Part shown: positions 27,462 through 33,134 of the stretch, in pieces
Position numbering within the stretch: the first letter of the stretch is position 1
Layout of the letters: every line of letters begins with the position of its first letter
DNA from: Candidatus Woykebacteria bacterium
GTDB lineage: Bacteria > Patescibacteriota > Microgenomatia > Woykebacterales > RBG-16-39-9b
Assembly (NCBI GenBank): GCA_040876345.1
Contig: JBBDPM010000006.1
Location: forward strand, 522,547-555,680
Direction of reading: 5' to 3'
Length of the DNA stretch: 33,134 bases
The notes under the pieces: generated by a model
What the model saw: only the letters and a program-made list of their open reading frames with translations
Told to the model about the DNA's origin: nothing
The model's database searches: none
Program-made: the position numbers and the translations under genes

Positions 27462-28052
27462 ATGATGAAAGCAATTATTTTTGATTTTTTTGGAGTTTTT
27501 TACCTAGATTTATATTGGGTTTGGTTGGGAAAGAAAATCCCCAATTTGGAAAAAAGACGCAGTTTTTTCCAAGACCTTTCCGATAAATTAGATAAAAATG
27601 AATTGACGGAAGAAAAGTTTTTGCAAACTCTTTCTGAAGAGTCTGGAACTCCAAGGGACAGTGTAATAGATGAAATGTTTGGTGAGGTTTCGATTGATCA
27701 GGAACTTATAAGTTTATTATCAAGATTCAAAAACAAATATAAAATTGGCCTTTTATCCAATGCGAGAGGGGAATGGCTACGAGAAATTTTAGAAAAAGAG
27801 GATATTGCAAAATATTTTGACGAATTGGTTATATCATCGGAAGTTGGAACAATAAAACCGCAGCCAGAAATATTCGAGGAAATGCTAAAGTGTCTTGAGG
27901 TTGGTAAAAACGAAGCACTGTTTATTGACGACCGAGCAAAAAACGTCACAGCTGCCAAAAAATTTGGAATCAAAAGCTTGCTTTATGAGTCAAATGAGAA
28001 GTTGATAGGAGATTTGAAAAAACTTGGGTTATTAGATCCTAAAAGTTCCTAA
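27462..28052 (+). CDS. HAD-superfamily phosphatase (YihX-like)
   Basis: IIFDFFGV, LLSN, KPQPEIF, LFIDDR..NV.AA...G. Confidence 0.9.
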   Translation: MMKAIIFDFFGVFYLDLYWVWLGKKIPNLEKRRSFFQDLSDKLDKNELTEEKFLQTLSEESGTPRDSVIDEMFGEVSIDQELISLLSRFKNKYKIGLLSNARGEWLREILEKEDIAKYFDELVISSEVGTIKPQPEIFEEMLKCLEVGKNEALFIDDRAKNVTAAKKFGIKSLLYESNEKLIGDLKKLGLLDPKSS

Positions 28053-28072
28053 AAGTCATGTCTCCTCTGAGA

Positions 28073-28102
28073 TTAGCAAATATTTGCTGAATCTGCTAAA
28101 AT
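28073..28102 (+). promoter_or_regulatory. Degenerate CIRCE-like operator overlapping an extended -10 upstream of dnaJ
   Basis: TTAGCA 28073-28078, N15, TGCTAA 28094-28099 (CIRCE spacing); TG-C-TAAAAT. Confidence 0.55.
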
Positions 28103-28231
28103 CCTCTCTGTTATAACACTCTTAGTAACCAAATCCATTCGCTAGTCGCTCAAGTTATTTGGGTACTCTCGAGTGCTGCGACCACTTTGTGGGCTAGGCA
28201 AAAAAAGATTACTAAGTGATAGTATTTAATT

Positions 28232-29347
28232 ATGGAAAAGCAGGATTATTATCAGGTACTTGGGGTTTCTAAAACTGCAAAAGCAGATGAAATTAAATCT
28301 GCCTATCGAAAGAAAGCTAGGCAGCATCATCCTGATGTAGATAAATCCCCGGATGCCGAGAAAAAATTTAAAGAAATAAACGAAGCTTATCAAGTACTTT
28401 CCGACGCTCAAAAGAAAGAAGCATATGACAGGTTTGGCCACGCTGCTTTTGAGGGAGTTGGAGCTGCAGGTACAGGTGGCGCTGGTGCTGGCAGAGGGCC
28501 AGGCGGTTTCCGAGTGGAATATGGACCGGGAATAGACTTTGATTTTGGAGGATTTCGCGACCCGTTCGAAATATTTGAAGAGTTTTTTGGCGGGGCTTCT
28601 CCTTTTGGACGGTCCGCTCGCCGACAAGGTCCAAGAGGGGGAGAAGATCTTCATTACGAAATAACTATTCCCTTTGAACAGGCCGCTTTTGGGGTTGAGA
28701 AGAGAATTGAACTACAAAGGCACGAAATATGCCCAGAATGTGCTGGTTCTGGAGCCGAAAAAGGATCAAAGCCAAAGACTTGCCCAACTTGTCAGGGTCG
28801 AGGCCAGGTACAACAAACCGCCCAGACGATTTTTGGGAGCTTTATGACCGCTCGTTCCTGCCCTACTTGCGGTGGATCAGGAGAAATTATCGAAAAGAAA
28901 TGCTCAAAGTGTAAAGGAGCTGGCCGGGTAAGGTCCGTCAAAACCACCACCATAAAAATACCGGCTGGTGTGGATGACAGTGATACAATTCGGTTTCAAG
29001 CTCTCGGCGAAGCTGGTGAGAAAGGCAGTGGATATGGAGACCTTTACTTAACAATCCGCGTAGTCTCCCACAAAGATTTTAAGCGACGTGGTTATGATGT
29101 CTACTTTGAGCAGCCAATAACCTTTTCCCAAGCAGCTCTTGGCGATACTCTGGAAATTCCAACTCTTGATGGGGGTGTCAATCTTAAAATTCCCGAGGGA
29201 ACGCAAACCGGGACTGAGTTTAGGGTAAAAGGTAGAGGAATAAAGCACGATGGGGGCCGTGGAGATCAATACGTCCGCGTAAAAATAACTACCCCAACAA
29301 GGCTTTCTTCAAAGCAAAAAGAAACTTTGAGGCAGCTGGAGACTTAG
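28232..29347 (+). CDS. dnaJ: Chaperone DnaJ
   Basis: J-domain HPD, G/F-rich region, four CxxCxGxG repeats. Confidence 0.98.
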   Translation: MEKQDYYQVLGVSKTAKADEIKSAYRKKARQHHPDVDKSPDAEKKFKEINEAYQVLSDAQKKEAYDRFGHAAFEGVGAAGTGGAGAGRGPGGFRVEYGPGIDFDFGGFRDPFEIFEEFFGGASPFGRSARRQGPRGGEDLHYEITIPFEQAAFGVEKRIELQRHEICPECAGSGAEKGSKPKTCPTCQGRGQVQQTAQTIFGSFMTARSCPTCGGSGEIIEKKCSKCKGAGRVRSVKTTTIKIPAGVDDSDTIRFQALGEAGEKGSGYGDLYLTIRVVSHKDFKRRGYDVYFEQPITFSQAALGDTLEIPTLDGGVNLKIPEGTQTGTEFRVKGRGIKHDGGRGDQYVRVKITTPTRLSSKQKETLRQLET

Positions 29348-29999
29348 TCTTAAATTTAAAGGGGAAGTTGATGATAGGTTTTTTGCTTTTATGATCTTTT
29401 ATCCAGGGACCCCAGAGATTTACATTCCTGTTCATCGCCATAACTCTCAAGGCAAAAGTGGTGAGTAAAAGGATGTAAATGAAAGCAGAATTTGGATATT
29501 CTTTACCCCAAAGCGCGTAGACTACTCCTAGAAAAATGGCAGGGGATGCGTAAAAATCACTATAAAAAAGCTTTGGAATTTCTCTAATAGCGATATCTCT
29601 TACTATACCTCCCCCGGCTGCTGTGAGTGGGGCAAAAAATACGATAGCAAAAAATCCCAATTCAGCTTCATCTGCTTTTACTGACCCAATCAACGCAAAG
29701 GTAGAGAGACCAACCGCATCTACCACGAGCATATACTTGTTAATTTTTGAAAAAACTTGATAAATAACAATAGAAGTGATTATTCCAAGCAAAACAGCAT
29801 AAATATAGTTCATATCATAGAAGTAAAAAGGGGTGTGATTAAGAATAAGCTCTCTAAGCGTTCCCCCACCTAGAGCAGTAAGAAAGGCGCAGACAAAGAT
29901 GCCGAATATGTCAAAACCTTTTTTAATAGCAACATGGACGCCATAAATAGCGAAGGTAAAAGTGCCTAATAGATCAAGGATATATATTTCTGATGACAT
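29289..29999 (-). CDS. UPF0126 / TRIC-family membrane protein (YadS/YicG-like)
   Basis: DLLGTFTFAIYG...D.FG....LTALGGGTLRE and DAVGLSTF...TAAGGGIVRD internal repeats. Confidence 0.9.
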   Translation of the reverse strand: MSSEIYILDLLGTFTFAIYGVHVAIKKGFDIFGIFVCAFLTALGGGTLRELILNHTPFYFYDMNYIYAVLLGIITSIVIYQVFSKINKYMLVVDAVGLSTFALIGSVKADEAELGFFAIVFFAPLTAAGGGIVRDIAIREIPKLFYSDFYASPAIFLGVVYALWGKEYPNSAFIYILLLTTFALRVMAMNRNVNLWGPWIKDHKSKKPIINFPFKFKTKSPAASKFLFALKKALLG

Positions 30000-30059
30000 C
30001 GCGTTTTACCTTGTTAAGGTAATAATACACCCAAAAAAAGTAAACAAAAAGGTTTTATG

Positions 30060-30245
30060 AGGTGATATGAAGGGTGGGCAGTTGTGGGCTTCCTTCGAAG
30101 CGATCCACAACTGCCCAGCGGAACTGCGAAGATGGTTCCAAGGTCTGCAGGTGCAAACCCCTTTGCTAGCCTTGGCGAGTCTACCAGCAAAGCCATCTTA
30201 CAAAGTTCCTTAGTCAGACGGGAGGACTCTTCCCCCGTGGACTTC
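30060..30245 (-). ncRNA. Candidate ~190-nt structured RNA directly downstream of the tRNA
   Basis: Perfect 13-bp stem TGGGCAGTTGTGG/CCACAACTGCCCA; a multi-way junction closed by GGAACT/AGTTCC and AAGATGG/CCATCTT; G-U (rather than C-A) appositions point to the - strand. Confidence 0.55.
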
Positions 30246-30248
30246 TTT

Positions 30249-30323
30249 TGGAGCGGAAGACGGGATTCGAACCCGCGACCTCATGGTTGGTAGCCACGCG
30301 CTCTACCACTGAGCTACTTCCGC
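30249..30323 (-). tRNA. tRNA-Gly with anticodon ACC (75 nt, CCA encoded)
   Basis: Minus strand: GCGGAAG-TA-GCTC-AGTGGTA-GAGC-G-CGTGG-CTACCAA-CCATG-AGGTC-GCGGG-TTCGAAT-CCCGT-CTTCCGC-T-CCA; Gly identity elements G1-C72, C2-G71, G3-C70, U73, C35, C36. Confidence 0.93.
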
Positions 30324-30333
30324 TGATCTCTCA

Positions 30334-30372
30334 TTGGCTCGCTCTGGTCGAGTATGTTGGGAACTTTTATCA
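30334..30372 (+). repeat. 39-bp att-like repeat, copy A
   Basis: TTGGCTCGCTCTGGTCGAGTATGTTGGGAACTTTTATCA; 35/39 identical to copy C and 32/39 to copy B (counted by hand). Confidence 0.85.
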
Positions 30373-30394
30373 CAGTATTTGGACTAGGTGAGGG

Positions 30395-30802
30395 TTATTT
30401 TAGATTTAATTGCCACGAAACACCATACTTGTCTGCTACCCATCCAAATTTTTTGCTAAAACCATAATTATCAAGAGACATCATGACACCTCCACCTTTG
30501 GAAAGTTTTTGAAAGAGTAATTCAAGTTCATTTTCGTCTTCGCAATTGACATAAATAGACATTGAAGGAGTGAACGTAAAGTTATGTTCAAGAGTATTTT
30601 CGCTTGCTATATATTCTTGGCCATCAAGTGTAAATGTTGCATTCTTAATTAGCCCTTCTTTACCCCCTGGTTCATCTTTCTTCCAATAGTCAATGTGTTT
30701 TATCTCTGAATTTTTAAAAAGCGAAGTGTAAAACTTTATCGCTTCCTCAGCTTTGCCGCATTGTTCCCCAACGAACATAAGGAATGTAGAAGTTTTTTGC
30801 AT
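30395..30802 (-). CDS. VOC family protein (PhnB / 3-demethylubiquinone-9 3-methyltransferase-like)
   Basis: TFLMF....AEEAIKFY.SLF, FTFTPSMSIYV.C, YGFSKKFGWVADKYGVSWQL. Confidence 0.92.
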   Translation of the reverse strand: MQKTSTFLMFVGEQCGKAEEAIKFYTSLFKNSEIKHIDYWKKDEPGGKEGLIKNATFTLDGQEYIASENTLEHNFTFTPSMSIYVNCEDENELELLFQKLSKGGGVMMSLDNYGFSKKFGWVADKYGVSWQLNLK

Positions 30803-30867
30803 AAATCATATTTTATCACAGATTCCAATGTTCAACTTGGGGTGTTGGAAAAGTGAGGCTAAAGTAT

Positions 30868-30906
30868 TTGGATCGCTCTGGCCAAGTATGTGGGTAACTT
30901 TGACCA
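30868..30906 (+). repeat. 39-bp att-like repeat, copy B (diverged)
   Basis: TTGGATCGCTCTGGCCAAGTATGTGGGTAACTTTGACCA; aligns without gaps to copies A and C. Confidence 0.8.
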
Positions 30907-30940
30907 ACAAAAAGCTAGTCTAACAGACTAGCTTTTTGTT
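30906..30940. terminator. Bidirectional intrinsic terminator
   Basis: AACAAAAAGCTAGTC-TAACA-GACTAGCTTTTTGTT, perfect 15-bp inverted repeat. Confidence 0.8.
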
Positions 30941-30957
30941 TAGAAAATTTAGGTAGT

Positions 30958-31140
30958 TTACTTTTTCCCAAGTTCTTCATTAACCCAGTTTAGCTTTTCT
31001 TCCAACATCTTCTTTTTCATTTCCAGATGTTCTTTTGACATCTTATGTTCCTGACAACAATCCATCATCATTGGCATTCCGTGTCGTCCCTGCGAACAGA
31101 AGCATTTGTCACAATTTTCGCAACATTTTTGATCCATCAT
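30958..31140 (-). CDS. 60-aa Cys/Met/His-rich protein with C-terminal coiled coil
   Basis: SD GAGGGGG before ATG 31140; KCCENCDKCFC...HGMPMMMDCCQEH, then LEMKKKMLEEKL. Confidence 0.7.
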   Translation of the reverse strand: MMDQKCCENCDKCFCSQGRHGMPMMMDCCQEHKMSKEHLEMKKKMLEEKLNWVNEELGKK

Positions 31141-31193
31141 ATAAGTCACCCCCTCTTATTAACTTGAGCATTATTACAGTTTCCTACTAAACC

Positions 31194-31811
31194 TTAGAAA
31201 CCTAGCTCTTCTTTGACAATAATTACATTAACTACTCTACCGAGTCCAGGATTTTCCCCTCTAAAGATAACTATTTTGTTCAATTGTGTCCCGACGCCAT
31301 ACTTTGTTTTCATATTCTTATCTTCAAGAGGAACGACATAATTTTCAAGTCTTTCCAAAGCGTCCTCTAGAGTTTTGACAATTTTTTGCTCCCCCACAAC
31401 AAAGATAAGATTCGGAGAAGTAAAAACTATGTGGGGCAATTGACTACCTGTATTGGAACCGATAACAAACTCTCCCTTCTCAGTCAGAGCGTGTACGCTA
31501 CCCACGTAGTAATCTGAAAGAACAGATTGTTTCCGTAGTGAGCGTTGTTTTATCGGATCCATCTCATTAAGAACTGTTTCGTGTAAGTTATTCCAGCTAT
31601 GACTCGCTGATTTTAGCAGTTGTACAAAACCTATTTGTTCCAATGTTCTGGAAGAACCGTTCATAACCGAGGCTCCAGACGGAATCATCTCTTTTATCTT
31701 ATAGAGAGCCTCTGCTCTATTATTTACAACAAAGGGCTTAATTCCCTTCTCCTCCAAAGAACTCACGGTTTTGGTTATAATATCTTTTGCAATAGCGGTA
31801 TTGGTTTTCAT
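31194..31811 (-). CDS. LUD-domain protein (LutC/YkgG-like)
   Basis: GSSRTLEQIG, SVHALTEKG..VIGSNTGSQL, FVVGEQKIV, VIIVKEELGF. Confidence 0.85.
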   Translation of the reverse strand: MKTNTAIAKDIITKTVSSLEEKGIKPFVVNNRAEALYKIKEMIPSGASVMNGSSRTLEQIGFVQLLKSASHSWNNLHETVLNEMDPIKQRSLRKQSVLSDYYVGSVHALTEKGEFVIGSNTGSQLPHIVFTSPNLIFVVGEQKIVKTLEDALERLENYVVPLEDKNMKTKYGVGTQLNKIVIFRGENPGLGRVVNVIIVKEELGF

Positions 31812-31897
31812 AGTCTGCTTTTAAAAACGGTCTTTACTAAATAGACTAATAGATATATAATTACTACAGAATTAATAGTACTACAATATTTATAGTT

Positions 31898-32212
31898 ATG
31901 TCAAGCTTAGGTAAAGATTTCTGTAAATGCTCTTCAGCTGAACTGCGTATTTTGGGTGATTTCTGGACCCTCGAAGTACTGCAGACTTTAGTCGATGGGG
32001 GGAAAAGATTTTCAGAGCTGGAACGCGCTCTTCCTGATATCAATCCAACTACACTAACCAAACGTCTTAAGAAGCTCGAAAATGAGAAGTTAATTGTAAA
32101 AAAAAGGGAAACTGTTGACAAGCTCTCGGTTGTCTATTTCTTAAGTGAAAAGGGTCAAGACACGATCCCTGTTTTATCCCAAATAAAGGCTTTTGCAGAT
32201 AAACACCTCTAA
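31898..32212 (+). CDS. HxlR-family winged-helix transcriptional regulator
   Basis: LGDFWTL.VL..L..G.KRFSELERALP.INPTTLTKRLKKLE...V.Y.LSEKG; divergent from the LUD gene. Confidence 0.9.
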   Translation: MSSLGKDFCKCSSAELRILGDFWTLEVLQTLVDGGKRFSELERALPDINPTTLTKRLKKLENEKLIVKKRETVDKLSVVYFLSEKGQDTIPVLSQIKAFADKHL

Positions 32213-32237
32213 CTCTTTAGATTGCAGTACATATTCT

Positions 32238-32276
32238 TTGGAGCGCCCTGGTCGAGTATGTTGGGAACTTTTACCA
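32238..32276 (+). repeat. 39-bp att-like repeat, copy C
   Basis: TTGGAGCGCCCTGGTCGAGTATGTTGGGAACTTTTACCA; the first 8 nt equal the + strand sequence at the tRNA-Gly 3' end (30248-30255). Confidence 0.85.
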
Positions 32277-32281
32277 AATAA

Positions 32282-32998
32282 CTAGATAACCCAATCGTAA
32301 ATGAATTTCACCCCAATTAGTAGTATTGCTACTAACACTACTTTCTTAAACTTACCTTGAGGAATTTTGGAGACTACCTGTTTCCCTGTGAAAGAGCCTA
32401 ATAGAGCCACCACTAAGAGGGCTGGGATATACCAATAAAACTTTTCTACCAAAAACCCTTGGCTTAGATAAATTGGTATCCTGGTTAAGTCAACCGCAAG
32501 GGCAATAGCCGCAGCTGTAGCAATATATTTTTCTTTTGGCAGGTTAAAGGCTGTCAAGAAAGCACCTCTCAAAGCCCCGCCTGTTCCAATCAGTCCTGCG
32601 AGAAAACCTGATAAACCCCCGCCTAGTATAGAGGTATTTGTAGAAGCCTTAATTTGAAAGTTCCCACTCCAAGACCAAACAGAATATGAAACTAGAAACA
32701 AACCAAGTAAACCCTTTAAGGTTTCTTGCGGTGTGTAACTAACTAGTAAAGCCCCAATTAAGGTAAGAATAACGCTGGGAATACCAAACCTTAGAATTAT
32801 TCCCTTGTCCAAACCGTGACGGAAAAATCCAATTCTGCCAATGTTGCCAAAAATATGAAGGAAAGCTACTAAAACCAGAGCGGTCCTAAAGTCAAAGAAC
32901 AATAATGATAGTGGCAAGGCGATAGTTGAGGAACCAAAACCTGCGATTGTTCCAATCACTTCTGCAATAAAGGCGGCAGGAAAAAACACGACTTCCAT
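32282..32998 (-). CDS. Sulfite exporter TauE/SafE family membrane protein
   Basis: GTIAGFGSS...P, GGLSGFLAGLIGTGGALR, GSFTGK; multiple TM segments. Confidence 0.9.
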   Translation of the reverse strand: MEVVFFPAAFIAEVIGTIAGFGSSTIALPLSLLFFDFRTALVLVAFLHIFGNIGRIGFFRHGLDKGIILRFGIPSVILTLIGALLVSYTPQETLKGLLGLFLVSYSVWSWSGNFQIKASTNTSILGGGLSGFLAGLIGTGGALRGAFLTAFNLPKEKYIATAAAIALAVDLTRIPIYLSQGFLVEKFYWYIPALLVVALLGSFTGKQVVSKIPQGKFKKVVLVAILLIGVKFIYDWVI

Positions 32999-33125
32999 TA
33001 ATTTAGTCTAGCACAAAATTTTGAACGTACTTGGGTACTAAAAATTGAGGCCAATAAAAAATTGGCTAGAACTTAAAAAGGACTGTTACAACAGGATAGA
33101 TTGTTAGTTTTTGGTGATCGTACAA

Positions 33126-33134
33126 TTGGCTCCC
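33126..33134 (+). other. Start of a fourth repeat copy, or the 3' end (...GGGAG-CCA) of a minus-strand tRNA cut by the window edge
   Basis: TTGGCTCCC matches the first 9 nt of copy A at 8/9; only 9 nt are visible. Confidence 0.35.

Noticed and set aside
28038-28056. Tandem CCTAAAAGT x2 at the end of the HAD gene
   Set aside because: Only 9 bp and weakly similar to the 26424/26911/27424 motif; could be chance or a small slippage duplication.
30075-30120. SRP (4.5S) RNA, suggested by GAAGGAAGC on the - strand
   Set aside because: The CAGG/AGCA internal loop and CC-GGAA-GG hairpin of SRP domain IV are absent; the motif is simply paired in GCTTC/GAAGC.
30067-30213. 48-codon + strand ORF after GAGGTGA (also track ORFs 30084..30293 and 30014..30196)
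   Set aside because: The SD-to-ATG spacing is too short, the products are not protein-like, and the region is better explained as minus-strand RNA structure plus the tRNA.
30060-30245. Glycine riboswitch, T-box or c-di-GMP-I riboswitch
   Set aside because: No GGAGA...CGAAG...CTCAGG or GGTGGTACCGCG consensus. The GCAAAC...GCAAAGC resemblance to c-di-GMP-I is on the strand disfavoured by the G-U pattern.
30249-30323. tRNA-Gly(ACC) as a non-proteinogenic donor dedicated to the FemAB enzyme at 7999-8871
   Set aside because: It keeps the D-loop GG, TTCG and a normal Gly-type T-stem (G49-U65, G51-C63), unlike staphylococcal cell-wall tRNAs; the genes are 21 kb apart and the enzyme's amino-acid specificity is unknown.
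362-32121. Numerous 60-150 aa track ORFs antisense or out of frame to known genes (e.g. 362..748, 11676..12116, 12207..12635, 24045..24452, 26842..27303, 28226..28654, 31864..32121)
   Set aside because: Shadow ORFs overlapping confidently identified genes, with no motifs or initiation signals of their own.
30334-32276. 39-bp repeats as a CRISPR array
   Set aside because: Spacing is about 0.5 and 1.4 kb with whole genes in between, and there are no cas genes.

Overview
A 33 kb bacterial chromosome segment in standard genetic code. The compact genes, shortened PGK/HrcA/HolA, PilNO and FemAB/LCP/MurJ suggest a Patescibacteria (CPR, Microgenomates-like) genome; that assignment is inference. The housekeeping backbone is metG, rmuC, a UvrD-nuclease fusion, pcrA, trxA-pgk-NUDIX-tpiA-LCP-holA, pilN/pilO, rpsT, murJ-lepA and hrcA-grpE-dnaK...dnaJ. 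Many of these genes appear leaderless. Several small accessory islets interrupt it, carrying micro-ORFs with strong SD sites and structured non-coding RNA. Main observations: (1) an intact-looking tRNA-Gly with the very unusual anticodon ACC, followed by a ~190-nt structured RNA and a UPF0126 transporter gene; (2) an integron-like array at the right end, where cargo genes are separated by a 39-bp repeat that starts with a tRNA-CCA-end complement and keeps a conserved reading frame (WxALVEYVGNFY), as expected for att scars of tRNA-targeting elements; (3) a ~600-nt structured transcript (7390-7998) with a near-consensus sigma70 promoter, a 31-aa Cys/His micro-protein and three SD-like motifs. 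All structures were folded by eye; no searches or computations were run.
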